Origin: an uncultured Bacteroidota bacterium
Lineage (GTDB): Bacteria > Bacteroidota > Ignavibacteria > UBA10030 > UBA6906
DNA length: 64,000 bases
Assembly: GCA_963714855.1 (NCBI GenBank)
Contig: CAVQPT010000006.1
Location: forward strand, 188,734-252,733
Direction of reading: 5' to 3'
The translations under genes were made by a program, and so were the position numbers. Below the pieces are notes generated by a model, which was given only the letters and a program-made list of their open reading frames with translations, was not told the DNA's origin and did no database searches. Shown here piece after piece: positions 48,324-58,161 of the stretch (its first letter is position 1; each line of letters starts with the position of its first letter).

Positions 48324-48748
48324 GAACGATCGCGGATGGTGGTGTTATAGAAGTGACGAAACGTGCGGTGGATCTCGTCCCGTACCCTTCGGAATTCCGA
48401 CAGCACCTGTTCTTCCGTTCCCTTGGCTTCGGCGGGGTCGTCAAAACCGATATGCAACCGGTTTCGCACGTTGCCGGTGAACACGGGGCATGTTTGCTTC
48501 GCACTGTCGCACACCGTTATCACGAAATCAAACGTTTGATTCAGGAACTGGTCGACATTCTTCGGGGACGCGCCGGCAAGATCGATTCCTTCTTCCTTCA
48601 TTACGGCCGCAGCCAGCGGGTGGACGCGTTCAGCGGGGCGTGTGCCCGCTGAAGAGACCTGGAGCGCGGGTTCGAATGAACGAAGGAATCCTTCCGCCAT
48701 CTGGCTCCGGCATGAATTGCCGGTACAGAGGATGAGAATGCTGGTCAT
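48320..48748 (-). CDS. arsC: Arsenate reductase, LMW-PTPase family (thioredoxin-coupled ArsC)
   Basis: [18 protein letters not shown]-loop (CX5R) plus downstream Cys residues. 142 aa. Its stop overlaps the acr3 start. Confidence 0.9.
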   Translation of the reverse strand: MTSILILCTGNSCRSQMAEGFLRSFEPALQVSSAGTRPAERVHPLAAAVMKEEGIDLAGASPKNVDQFLNQTFDFVITVCDSAKQTCPVFTGNVRNRLHIGFDDPAEAKGTEEQVLSEFRRVRDEIHRTFRHFYNTTIRDRS

Positions 48749-48958
48749 ACGGTTCGTAGTATTTAGCGTTTACGAGCTGTCCGCAACAGTCAGTTTGGTC
48801 CGACGATGCCTCTTCGGCTCAGCCATGGTACCTTCCGAAGCAATCTACGCACGGCGGTCTGAATTCGCAAGGAGGAACTCTGTAAACGGGGGTTTCTTTT
48901 GTTTCTGGCTTCTGCTACATTAATGTATACCCCTCCTCCGGAACGCCGAGGCTACCGT

Positions 48959-49744
48959 ATGGACATTATGCTCTATCAGGTTGATGCGTTTACCGATGTG
49001 CTCTTTCGTGGCAATCCAGCCGCCGTCTGTCCCTTGGTGGCATGGCCCGACGATGCGCTCCTTCAGAATATCGCGGAGGAAAACAATCTCTCCGAGACGG
49101 CATTCTACGTGCCGGAAGGAGACCTCTTCAAAATCCGGTGGTTCACACCGATCTGTGAAGTGGATTTGTGCGGCCATGCGACTCTTGCTACCGCGCACGT
49201 GTTGTTCACTCACGTGGGGTTTAAAGGAAATGAAATCAGGTTCATGTCCCGGAGCGGAATCCTCAACGTCCGACGGGAGGATGAGGACCTTGTGCTCGAT
49301 TTCCCCGTCGATGTTCCCCGTGCCGTTTCGCCTCCCGCGGCTCTCGAGCAGGCGCTCGGCATGCCCCCCCTGGAGGTTCTGCGGGGAAAGGACGACTTCC
49401 TTGCAGTGTATCGCTCTCAGGTTGACGTGGAAACATTGAAACCGGACTTCGGGCTGGTAGAAAAAATTCCCTGCCGTGGCATTATCGCAACTGCTCCGGG
49501 AAAAACAGTTGATTTTGTCTCGAGATTTTTCGGACCGCAGTCCGGCATTGCGGAAGATCCGGTGACCGGTTCGGCGCACACCACGCTGGTCCCGTACTGG
49601 GCGGGGAGACTGGGGAAGATGTCCCTTGAGGCCCGCCAGGTATCGCGCCGGGGAGGCCATCTCCGCTGTACACTCAAGGGTGACAGGGTCGACATCGGCG
49701 GCCGCGCGCGGACATTCCTCATCGGCAAGGCCCATATTGTGTAG
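48959..49744 (+). CDS. PhzF-family isomerase (phenazine biosynthesis-like protein)
   Basis: MDIMLYQVDAFTDVLFRGNPAAV… with conserved E and the GHAT motif. 261 aa, typical of the PhzF/YddE fold. Confidence 0.85.
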   Translation: MDIMLYQVDAFTDVLFRGNPAAVCPLVAWPDDALLQNIAEENNLSETAFYVPEGDLFKIRWFTPICEVDLCGHATLATAHVLFTHVGFKGNEIRFMSRSGILNVRREDEDLVLDFPVDVPRAVSPPAALEQALGMPPLEVLRGKDDFLAVYRSQVDVETLKPDFGLVEKIPCRGIIATAPGKTVDFVSRFFGPQSGIAEDPVTGSAHTTLVPYWAGRLGKMSLEARQVSRRGGHLRCTLKGDRVDIGGRARTFLIGKAHIV

Positions 49745-49893
49745 AGAACCAATAGTTGCACATCCATGTTAGAGATGTACGTGTACAGACGCACCATCGT
49801 GCCGGGTTGCTGCTGTCCGCTGACCTGGCGCGCAGAGGTCCGGTGCTCCAGGCATGTGAACGAAACGGTAGGATACGGCGAGGAGATCAGTTC

Positions 49894-51660
49894 ATGCGGA
49901 AGCACCTGACAAAAGCAGTGGCATTGTTGCTGGTATTCTTCGGTCCTCTTGCGGGAGGCCTCCTCTCGCAGGCGACCGCGATTGCACAACCATCCGCGCT
50001 GCCCGATACGCTCTCCATCGGTACCTCCCCGCAGGGGTCGCGCGTGCCCTCCTCAGCAGCCTCTGAACCCACGATTACCTTTTTCTACGGGAAGAGGCAA
50101 TACTTCGGCCAGATCGGGGTCCCACAACGGTGGGTCAACGTCCTGGGCAATGTCGCAGACCCCGACGGCATCGGCTCGCTCACCTACTCATTGAATGGCG
50201 GGGGTGCCGTGACGTTGAACATCGGACCGGACACACGCCGGCTTGCGTTAGACGGAGACTTCAATGTTGACCTCCCTCTCGCACAGCTCAACCCCAGCGG
50301 AGATTCGAACATCGTCGTGGTGACCGCAACGGACCTTCTTTCCAATTTCAGAAACGATACCGTTGTCGTGTGGGTCTACCGGGGCACCACCTGGCCGATG
50401 CCGACGACCGTATCATGGGATTGGTATGCAGCCATCAATGATGCGGCGCAGGTGGTTGATGGATCGTGGACGTTGACCGGAAACAGCATTCGCACATTCG
50501 GTGTCGGATATGACCGGCTTGTAGCCGTGGGTGATACGACATGGACCGACTACGAGGTGAGCGTCCCCATCACCATCCACAGCATCGATCCCGCCGGCTA
50601 CAACCCTACGAGTGGACAGCCCGCGGTCGGCATCTTCATGCGGTGGTCCGGACACACTGACAGTCCTATCGCCGGATGGCAACCGAAGAGCGGTTGGAAT
50701 CCTTCCGGTGCATTGGGGATGTACGCGTTCAATGCACTCGGCAGCGGCGGTGCGCGTCTTGAGATCTGGCAACGCGTTGTGGACCTGAGCGGTAAGACCG
50801 TCCCGTTTGGCCAAACGCATGTGTTCAAAATGCGGGCGGAGAATCAGGCTGGAGGCCATCATTATGCCTTGCGGGTCTGGAAGCAGACGGATCCGGAACC
50901 GGCAGCGTGGGATCTGATGTATCTTGATGTGGACCGCAGGGCTCCACGGGGTTCACTTCTCCTCGTGGCGCATCATGTCGATGCAACATTTGGTGAAGTA
51001 TCGGTTGGTCCGCCGGAAGCGCTTCCCGTGCAACTCGTGACCTTTGCAGCAACAGCGCTGAACAGTTCAACCATTCACATCTCCTGGCGCACACTCAGCG
51101 AGACCGGCAATTATGGGTTCGAAGTCGAGAAGGCCCCCGACGCGCCAGAGGGTTTCACGGCGGTGCCGGGGAGTTTTGTCCCGGGTCATGGCACGACGAT
51201 TGAACCCCACGACTATGCCTACACGGACACCGGAGCAGATAAAGGAGTCTGGTACTACCGTCTCCGCCAGATCGATCTTGACGGGACGATTGCATACTCA
51301 GACCCGGTTCAGGTGAATGTCGGGACTGCGACATCGGTGTTTGCCACCCGCACCCCCGGGGTCTTCGCCCTTGAACAGAATTTCCCGAACCCGTTCAATC
51401 CCACCACGACGATAATGTATACAATCGGATCAGAGGGACACGGCACGAGGAGCGGAGAGGGAAATCCGGGATCGGAACTCGTGACGCTCTCCGTGTATGA
51501 CGTCCTCGGGCGGGAAGTGGCCACACTGGTGAATGAGATGAAGTCCCCCGGCCGCTATCAGGCGACTTTCAATGCGTCAGGTCTGGCAAGCGGTGTCTAC
51601 CTGTACCGGTTGGATGCGGGTGGATCTGTGCAGATCCGGCAGATGGTTGTCATGAGGTAG
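49894..51660 (+). CDS. Secreted protein with C-terminal T9SS sorting domain (T9SS substrate), 588 aa
   Basis: ATG at 49894 preceded by aggag, and a signal peptide. The C-terminus ALEQNFPNPFNPTTTIMYTI…LSVYDVLGREVATLVNE…GVYLYRLDAGGSVQIRQMVVMR is a Por_Secre_tail. Confidence 0.75.
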   Translation: MRKHLTKAVALLLVFFGPLAGGLLSQATAIAQPSALPDTLSIGTSPQGSRVPSSAASEPTITFFYGKRQYFGQIGVPQRWVNVLGNVADPDGIGSLTYSLNGGGAVTLNIGPDTRRLALDGDFNVDLPLAQLNPSGDSNIVVVTATDLLSNFRNDTVVVWVYRGTTWPMPTTVSWDWYAAINDAAQVVDGSWTLTGNSIRTFGVGYDRLVAVGDTTWTDYEVSVPITIHSIDPAGYNPTSGQPAVGIFMRWSGHTDSPIAGWQPKSGWNPSGALGMYAFNALGSGGARLEIWQRVVDLSGKTVPFGQTHVFKMRAENQAGGHHYALRVWKQTDPEPAAWDLMYLDVDRRAPRGSLLLVAHHVDATFGEVSVGPPEALPVQLVTFAATALNSSTIHISWRTLSETGNYGFEVEKAPDAPEGFTAVPGSFVPGHGTTIEPHDYAYTDTGADKGVWYYRLRQIDLDGTIAYSDPVQVNVGTATSVFATRTPGVFALEQNFPNPFNPTTTIMYTIGSEGHGTRSGEGNPGSELVTLSVYDVLGREVATLVNEMKSPGRYQATFNASGLASGVYLYRLDAGGSVQIRQMVVMR

Positions 51661-51715
51661 AGAACGCTTCTCTGCAGGTCCGGTAGATGGTTATCAGGAG
51701 ATAGAAGGCGCTTCT
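51628..51715. repeat. Imperfect tandem duplication (2 x 44 bp) spanning the 3' end and stop codon of the T9SS gene
   Basis: Unit 1 TCCGGCAGATGGTTGTCATGAGGTAGAGAACGCTTCTCTGCAGG and unit 2 TCCGGTAGATGGTTATCAGGAGATAGAAGGCGCTTCTTTGCAGG, about 84% identical. Each contains a small hairpin (AGAGAAcgcTTCTCT in unit 1, GAAGgcgcTTC in unit 2). Confidence 0.6.
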
Positions 51716-51811
51716 TTGCAGGCCGTGTTGCTCAGTGCGCCCCGTCCGGGACCCGGGCCGGCCTGACATCATAACCACATCGTGCACCGTTCCCCAACAA
51801 CCGAGAACGTC

Positions 51812-54800
51812 ATGCGCCGAACCCTCTCGCTTTTTTGCCTCTTTTGTGCTGCTACCGCGTTCGCCGGTCAACAGGGATACTACCGTTTTCCTGCACTTCA
51901 CGGCACCACCGTCGTATTCACGGCGGAGGGAGATTTGTGGACGGTCGATCTGATAGGTGGGATGGCCCGCCGATTGACGTCCCATCCCGGTATGGAATCG
52001 CACGCAGCCATCGCACCCGATGGGGCGACGATCGCTTTTTCTGCGGAGTATGAGGGGCCGACCGAAGTGTATACAATGCCTGCCGGGGGCGGCATCCCGA
52101 CCCGCCGCACATACGACGGGAATGCACGTGTTGTTGGATGGACGCCAGACGGGAAAATCCTGTACACCACGCGGCGCTACTCGGGCCTCCCCGATGCACG
52201 CCTCTACACGATCGATCTCCGGACCGACTCAACGGTCTCAATACCTCTTGCACAGGCCAGTGATGGTACGTTTGATGACACGAGCACCATCCTGTACTTC
52301 ACACGGCTTCCGTTCCAGGGGAGTCAGACGAAACGATACAAAGGAGGCACGGCGCAGAATATATGGATGTATACGCTGGGTGCACACGAAGCAGTTCCGC
52401 TGACCGGCGACTATGCCGGAACGAGCAAAGAACCCCTCTGGTATTCCGGCCGCATCTATTTTGCCTCTGATCGTGATGGAACGATGAATCTCTGGTCTAT
52501 GAACGCTCAGGGAGCCGACCTCCGGCAACACACGCACCACAGTGGATGGGACGTTCAGTCGCCGGCCCAGGACCGTGGGAAGATCGTGTACCAGCTCGGA
52601 GCCGATCTCCATGTTTTTGACACCGCAACTGACACCGACCGGCTGATTCCCATCACGCTCAGTTCAGATTTTGACCAGCTGCGTGTGAAGTGGGTGAAGA
52701 AGCCGATGGACTACCTCACCACCTACAATATCTCCCCCAACGGGGACCGCGTCGTCCTTACCGCACGCGGGCAGATCTTTGTTGCTCCGGTTGAGAAAGG
52801 GAGATTCGTTCGCGTCACGAATGAGAGCAGTGTACGGTACCGCAGCGCAACGTTCCTTCCGGATGGTAAACGGCTTCTTGCCCTTTCGGACGACACCGGT
52901 GAAACCGAGTTTGTGAGCCTCCCTGCCAACGGCGTCGGCGATCGGATACGGCTGACAGGCGATGCAAGAGTCCTCCGCTGGGGAGGAGTTCCATCGCCCG
53001 ATGGTACGCTGATTGCCTATACCGACAAGAACGAAGAGATCTGGATCTTGGACACGGGGAAGAAGACCAACACGCGGATTCTTCACACGGAGGAAGGAAA
53101 TCCCGGAGGGCTGGCCTGGTCTCCCGACAGCAAGTGGCTTGCGTACAACAACTCGGCATCCAATTTCTTCGATCAGATCTCTCTCTATCACGTTCCCACT
53201 GGCAAAACCGTCGAGCTCACAAGCGATCGGGTAGATAGCTACTCACCCGCCTGGTCACCCGACGGGGAATGGCTCTACTTCCTCTCCGATCGTGTCTTCC
53301 AGTCGGTGGTCCCGAGTCCCTGGGGCGCTCGGCAGCCCGAACCGTACTTTGACAAGACGAGAAAGGTCTATGCCGTCGGCTTGAAGGCAGACGAGCGTCT
53401 TCCTTTCCAGCCGCCGGACGAGTTGTACGTGCCCGCAAAGGAGACAAAAAAAGGCGACGCAAAAAAGGATGGAAAGAAAGGAGACGAGGATGCGGATGAG
53501 AAGAAAAGCGTCGAAGTACGCATCGATCTGAACGGGCTTCAGCAGCGGGTGTGGGAGGTTCCTCTCCCCGCGGGGGCATATTCCGGGCTGGCCGTGACCG
53601 ACAAATACCTTTACCTGACCGAGCGCCAGGCCCTGTATCAGGGGAAAAGCTCGCTCAGTGCGGTCGAGATCAAGAACACGGATGTGGCAGCCAAGACCAT
53701 CGTCGAGGACATCCGGGGATTCGAAGTCTCGCGTGACGGCAAGAAAGTGCTTGTGAGAAAAGGGGACGACCTTCACGTTGTCGATGTCGACGGAAAGGCA
53801 CCCGGCGACCTGGCAAAGACAAAAGTCAACCTTTCCAACTGGCTGCTCTCCGTCGATCCCCGCCAGGAATTCCGCCAGATGTTTCTCGAATCATGGCGGC
53901 TTGAGCGCGACTATTTCTATGACACGACGCTTCACAAGATTGACTACAGAGGATTACTTGCAAAGCATCTTCCTCTGGTGGATCGCGTGACGGACCGTTC
54001 CGAACTCAGCGATCTCATCGCGCATCTTGTCGGGGAGCTGTCCGCCCTGCATATCTTTGTCTACGGCGGCGATCTGCGAAGCTCACCGGATGACATCGGT
54101 GTGGCTACCCTCGGGGCCCGACTCGAGCGTGATGCGCAGGCAGGCGGTTATCGCATCGCACATATCTATCGCTCGGATCCGGAATACCTGGATGTCGCTT
54201 CGCCCCTGGCCCGCCCGGACGGGAAGATTGTCGAAGGCGATATTGTTATTGCGATCAACGGCACTCCCACTCTTTCCGTTGCATCGCCTGAGCTCCTCTT
54301 GAGAAATCAGGCAGATAAGCAGGTTCTCCTTCATTTGCGGAGCGGAGACGGCAAGAAGGAGTACGATGTCATAGTGGAACCCATCAGCCTGGCCGGGGAG
54401 GACAATCTCCGCAATACGGAATGGGAACTCACGCGCCGGGAACGCGTAGAGCAGCTGAGCGATGGTGACATCGGCTACGTGCACCTCCGTGCCATGGGCG
54501 CCAGCAATTACACAGAATGGGTCAAAAGTTTCTATCCGGTCTTCGACAGAAAAGGGCTGATTATTGACGTGCGCCACAACCGGGGGGGTAACATCGACAG
54601 CTGGATCCTCGAGAAGTTGCTTCGCAAGGCATGGTTCTACTGGCAGAGCAGGGTTGGGAAACCGTACTGGAATATGCAGTTCGCGTTCCGCGGGCACATG
54701 GTGGTGTTGTGCAATGAGCGGACCGCGTCGGATGGCGAAGCGTTCTCCGAGGGATTCCGCCGGCTCGGTCTCGGGAAGCTCATCGGTACCCGCACCTGGG

Positions 54801-55075
54801 GTGGTGAGATCTGGCTCAGCAGCAGTAATGTGCTGGTCGACCGCGGGATTGCCACTGCTGCGGAAACAGGCGTGTACGGTCCGGAAGGAGAATGGCTCAT
54901 CGAAGGGTGGGGGGTGGAGCCCGACATTGTAGTGGACAATCTTCCGCACGCAACCTTTTCCGGAGAGGATGCCCAGCTTGACGCAGCCATTGCCCATCTC
55001 CGGCAGCTTCTGAAAGAAAAACCGGTGGAAATCCCCAAACCGCCACGGTATCCGGACAAGTCCTTCAAATATTGA
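51812..55075 (+). CDS. Tricorn protease homolog (beta-propellers, PDZ, S41 peptidase)
   Basis: Signal peptide, then the tricorn N-terminus YYRFPALHGTTVVFTAEGDLWTVDLIGGMARRLTSHPGMESHAAIAPDGATIAFSAEYEG. About 1090 aa, with PDZ and S41 regions near the C-terminus (…VLCNERTASDGE…TRTWGGE…). Confidence 0.9.
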   Translation: MRRTLSLFCLFCAATAFAGQQGYYRFPALHGTTVVFTAEGDLWTVDLIGGMARRLTSHPGMESHAAIAPDGATIAFSAEYEGPTEVYTMPAGGGIPTRRTYDGNARVVGWTPDGKILYTTRRYSGLPDARLYTIDLRTDSTVSIPLAQASDGTFDDTSTILYFTRLPFQGSQTKRYKGGTAQNIWMYTLGAHEAVPLTGDYAGTSKEPLWYSGRIYFASDRDGTMNLWSMNAQGADLRQHTHHSGWDVQSPAQDRGKIVYQLGADLHVFDTATDTDRLIPITLSSDFDQLRVKWVKKPMDYLTTYNISPNGDRVVLTARGQIFVAPVEKGRFVRVTNESSVRYRSATFLPDGKRLLALSDDTGETEFVSLPANGVGDRIRLTGDARVLRWGGVPSPDGTLIAYTDKNEEIWILDTGKKTNTRILHTEEGNPGGLAWSPDSKWLAYNNSASNFFDQISLYHVPTGKTVELTSDRVDSYSPAWSPDGEWLYFLSDRVFQSVVPSPWGARQPEPYFDKTRKVYAVGLKADERLPFQPPDELYVPAKETKKGDAKKDGKKGDEDADEKKSVEVRIDLNGLQQRVWEVPLPAGAYSGLAVTDKYLYLTERQALYQGKSSLSAVEIKNTDVAAKTIVEDIRGFEVSRDGKKVLVRKGDDLHVVDVDGKAPGDLAKTKVNLSNWLLSVDPRQEFRQMFLESWRLERDYFYDTTLHKIDYRGLLAKHLPLVDRVTDRSELSDLIAHLVGELSALHIFVYGGDLRSSPDDIGVATLGARLERDAQAGGYRIAHIYRSDPEYLDVASPLARPDGKIVEGDIVIAINGTPTLSVASPELLLRNQADKQVLLHLRSGDGKKEYDVIVEPISLAGEDNLRNTEWELTRRERVEQLSDGDIGYVHLRAMGASNYTEWVKSFYPVFDRKGLIIDVRHNRGGNIDSWILEKLLRKAWFYWQSRVGKPYWNMQFAFRGHMVVLCNERTASDGEAFSEGFRRLGLGKLIGTRTWGGEIWLSSSNVLVDRGIATAAETGVYGPEGEWLIEGWGVEPDIVVDNLPHATFSGEDAQLDAAIAHLRQLLKEKPVEIPKPPRYPDKSFKY

Positions 55076-55159
55076 CCCTGAGCCCTTCCGGCGATGCAAC
55101 GGTTGGCGTACCGGCCCTGTGCATCAGGCGACTGCCAGAGAAGAGAAATGTGAAGCCGT

Positions 55160-55348
55160 ATGTCTATCAGGGTCTTTCTGTTTATTGGCATTCTCGGAGG
55201 GTTTACCACGTTTTCGTCGTTCAGTTATGAGACGATAGCACTCTTCCGTGACAACGAGGCATTCTCCGCCGTCACCAACATTGTCATGACAATGGCGGGG
55301 TGTCTCGGTGCCACGCTGGCGGGAAGTGCGCTGGGGAAACTGATCTGA
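55160..55348 (+). CDS. crcB: CrcB/FluC fluoride channel, C-terminal half only (62 aa; likely a truncated remnant)
   Basis: MSIRVFLFIGILGGFTTFSSFSYETIALF… aligns to residues about 62-120 of 4-TM CrcB proteins (the …GFCGGLTTFSTFSAE… half). The in-frame upstream sequence hits TGA immediately. No alternative frame between 55076 and 55159 encodes a CrcB N-terminal half. Confidence 0.5.
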   Translation: MSIRVFLFIGILGGFTTFSSFSYETIALFRDNEAFSAVTNIVMTMAGCLGATLAGSALGKLI

Positions 55349-55363
55349 TCGGAGGACGCACCA

Positions 55364-55711
55364 ATGAAACTTGAAGGCGAAGGGAAGTTGCTCCGTATTT
55401 TCATCGGAGAAATCGACCGGGTAGGACACCGGCCATTGTACGAGGCCCTCGTTCTCAAAGCGAAGGAAATGGGCTTGGCCGGGGCAACGGTATTGCGGGG
55501 GATCATCGGTTATGGCGCCGACAGCCGGATTCATACTGCCAAGATCCTGAGGTTGTCCGAAGACCTCCCGATCGTTGTCGAGGTTGTGGACACCCAGGAA
55601 AAGATTGACGCCTTTGTCGGTGTTGCGGGGACAATGCTGGAAGAGGCGGGGTGCGGGGGTATGATCACCGAAGAACGCGCGCATGTCATCCGCTACACCA
55701 AAGGGCGCTGA
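55364..55711 (+). CDS. DUF190-domain protein (crcB-associated, PII-like fold)
   Basis: ggagga RBS 15 nt after crcB. KLLRIFIGEIDRVGHRPLYEALVLKAKEMGLAGATVLRGIIGYG…PIVVEVVD is typical of DUF190, a family usually encoded next to crcB. Confidence 0.8.
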   Translation: MKLEGEGKLLRIFIGEIDRVGHRPLYEALVLKAKEMGLAGATVLRGIIGYGADSRIHTAKILRLSEDLPIVVEVVDTQEKIDAFVGVAGTMLEEAGCGGMITEERAHVIRYTKGR

Positions 55712-55765
55712 TCACGGAGGCCCTCCTCACCGGAGACCCCTCCCTCGCACAAAGGACTCGCACAC

Positions 55766-56905
55766 ATGCCGTACACGCCCACGCGGTACTTCGACGAGCC
55801 AATCGGCCCTCTCGACCGCATCGATCTGGTCACGGTCCGTCTCCCGTTTGTAACACCATTCGGTACCAGTGTCCACGTCTGGACTCACAAAGAAGTCCTG
55901 CTTCTCCGCGTTGAGGCCGCCGGGATAACGGCCTGGGGAGAATGCGTGGCCGATCCCGATCCATACTACCTTCCGGAAACGACCGGGACGGTTCGCCATA
56001 TTCTCAAGGAGTTTCTCCTTCCCCTGGTTCAACCGGAGACCTCACTCACCCTGCTCGACACGCTGTTCCGATCGGTCCGGGGCCACGCAATGGCGAAGGC
56101 CACCCTGGAAAACGCCCTCGTGGTTCTGATCTCTCTCCGCCATGGCATTCCTCTCCATGCACTGTTGGGATTTCCTGGGAAGAAGGCCATGTCGGGCATC
56201 AGCATCGGACTCAAAGACACCACGACGGAGCTCCTCGCTGCTGTCAGGGAATCTGTCGACAAGCGATACCATCGGATCAAGATGAAAATCAAGAAGGGGA
56301 AAGACGTGGAGTGGGTCCGCGCGGTGCGCGACCGCTTTCCGGACATACAGCTGATGGTCGATGCGAACTGCGATTATACTCTCGATGATCTCGGACGCCT
56401 CAAGCAGCTGGACGGCTTTTCCCTTTCAATGATCGAGCAGCCGTTGTCCTACGCCGACATCTACCAGCACTCCCTCCTCCAGAGGGAAGTCCGCACACCG
56501 ATTTGCCTCGATGAATCCATCCTGAGCCTTGATGATTCCAGGACGGCCATTGCGTTGGGAGCGTGTAAGATTATCAACATCAAGCAGGGAAGGGTCGGAG
56601 GTCTGCTGGAGTCGCTGCGCATTGCACAGTACGCGCAGGAACACGGGGTTCCGGTCTGGTCGGGAGGGATGGACGAAACGGGGATCGGGAGGGCGGTGAA
56701 TATTCATCTGCAAACAGCCCCACCATTTTCGCTTCCGGGCGATACGTCGGAGACGTCCCGCTATTTCGCAGAAGATATCGTTGAGCCTACAGTCGTGCTC
56801 GACCACGAGGGATATGTCGCTCTCCCCGAGGGTCCCGGACTCGGCGTATCAGTTCTCCCTGACCGTATCATCAAATACACACGGGCATGGGAGCGGTTGC
56901 GCTGA
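55766..56905 (+). CDS. Enolase-superfamily enzyme, MR/MLE subgroup (o-succinylbenzoate synthase or dipeptide epimerase-like)
   Basis: Capping domain plus a TIM barrel with the general-base and metal ligands in MR/MLE positions (KMKIKKG, DANCDYT, EQP, LDES, K…). 379 aa. Confidence 0.75.
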   Translation: MPYTPTRYFDEPIGPLDRIDLVTVRLPFVTPFGTSVHVWTHKEVLLLRVEAAGITAWGECVADPDPYYLPETTGTVRHILKEFLLPLVQPETSLTLLDTLFRSVRGHAMAKATLENALVVLISLRHGIPLHALLGFPGKKAMSGISIGLKDTTTELLAAVRESVDKRYHRIKMKIKKGKDVEWVRAVRDRFPDIQLMVDANCDYTLDDLGRLKQLDGFSLSMIEQPLSYADIYQHSLLQREVRTPICLDESILSLDDSRTAIALGACKIINIKQGRVGGLLESLRIAQYAQEHGVPVWSGGMDETGIGRAVNIHLQTAPPFSLPGDTSETSRYFAEDIVEPTVVLDHEGYVALPEGPGLGVSVLPDRIIKYTRAWERLR

Positions 56906-56980
56906 GATGTCATGCTCCTTCATGCGCTCGAATGGTCCGGTCGGCTGCAGAGGGTTTCCCGGTGTGCGGCGCCGGGTGGT

Positions 56981-57865
56981 TTAAGAGTCTGGTTTTTCGA
57001 CAGGAAACCCATCGCCCCGAACATTCCAGTCCTGGAAAGACCCGTCATAGACCACAGCCTCGAAGCCCAGCTGGCGTAGGACGGCGTAGGTGAGCGTTGC
57101 CTGCTGCCCCACGTGGCAATAGGTGACAATCTTCATCCCCCGCCGGATTCCCGCCTCGTCGAAGATCTTCTCAAGCGCCGCAGTCTGCTTGATGCAGTTG
57201 GTGCTATCGACAAGCATGCTGAAAGGAATGCTCACGGCTCCACGGATATGACCCTGGCGCCGGGCCCCTCCCCCGTTCCCGTCAAAGTATCGTTTGTCGC
57301 GTGAATCGACAATTCTGATCGCCGGATCATCCAGGTGCCCCTTCACCCAGAGTGCATCCACCAGGTACTGTGGACACGGTGTGGGATTCAGATTGGATGG
57401 TGTGACGTGGGGAGCATCTGTCGACAGAGGCCGTTCTTCCCGCTTCCACTGTTCCAGTCCCCCATCGAGGATCGATGTCCGGTCGGCGAACCCGAAATAC
57501 GACAGGGCCAGAAACGTCCGCGTAGTTGTCGTCAAACTCGAGCCCGTCCAGCAGAGGACGATCCTTGAGTTCCTGCTGAGTCCGAGCATGCGGAGGACTG
57601 AATCCGCTTGATTCGTGTTTGCCATTTCCGTCGAGGCGTCGGGTGTGGAGACCGTCAGCCATTCGTACCAGAGAAACCGCGCCCCCGGAATATGTTCCAA
57701 CCGGTATTCCCCCCGGTTGAACCCCACATGCAGGACCACGAGATTCGGGTCCGCGAGATGTTCGGCAAGCCAGTGTGTCGAGACGAACACCGGGTTTCCC
57801 GGTTGACCGGCAGGACTGTTGGTGGTGAGAAAGAGGACAATTGCGAGAAGAAGGGTGGATCGCAT
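56981..57865 (-). CDS. Thiosulfate/3-mercaptopyruvate sulfurtransferase (tandem rhodanese domains), secreted
   Basis: ATG at 57865 with a signal peptide MRSTLLLAIVLFLTTNSPAG. Two rhodanese repeats, with the active-site loop YCHVGQQATLTY in the second. Confidence 0.8.
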   Translation of the reverse strand: MRSTLLLAIVLFLTTNSPAGQPGNPVFVSTHWLAEHLADPNLVVLHVGFNRGEYRLEHIPGARFLWYEWLTVSTPDASTEMANTNQADSVLRMLGLSRNSRIVLCWTGSSLTTTTRTFLALSYFGFADRTSILDGGLEQWKREERPLSTDAPHVTPSNLNPTPCPQYLVDALWVKGHLDDPAIRIVDSRDKRYFDGNGGGARRQGHIRGAVSIPFSMLVDSTNCIKQTAALEKIFDEAGIRRGMKIVTYCHVGQQATLTYAVLRQLGFEAVVYDGSFQDWNVRGDGFPVEKPDS

Positions 57866-58161
57866 GCAAAACCTCTCGTTCGTTTTCCGTCTCTCCGTAG
57901 AAACGTGACAACGGCGAAAAAGGTTCGGCTGAAATTCGATCATTTGATGATACAGTTCCGGGGCCTCCCCGTCGTACATTGAGGCACGCGTACACGATCA
58001 GGGGAAGAGAAAAGGGAGGCCATCTGATGAAGCGAGAAGAGGGAAAACGGCAGACCGGTACAGACCACAGTCAGTCCGCACTGCTGGACATGCTGATACG
58101 TGAACTCCAGCTCGTGCCCGTGGTACTGGACCGCCCCGCTCCGGATCAGCCCGTACGGCGC

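Noticed and set aside
55076-55160. Fluoride (crcB) riboswitch upstream of the crcB fragment
   Set aside because: GGCGAUGCAACGG… superficially resembles the riboswitch 5' end. The conserved AACCGCC, CUAAUGA and CCUAC elements and the pseudoknot partners are absent.
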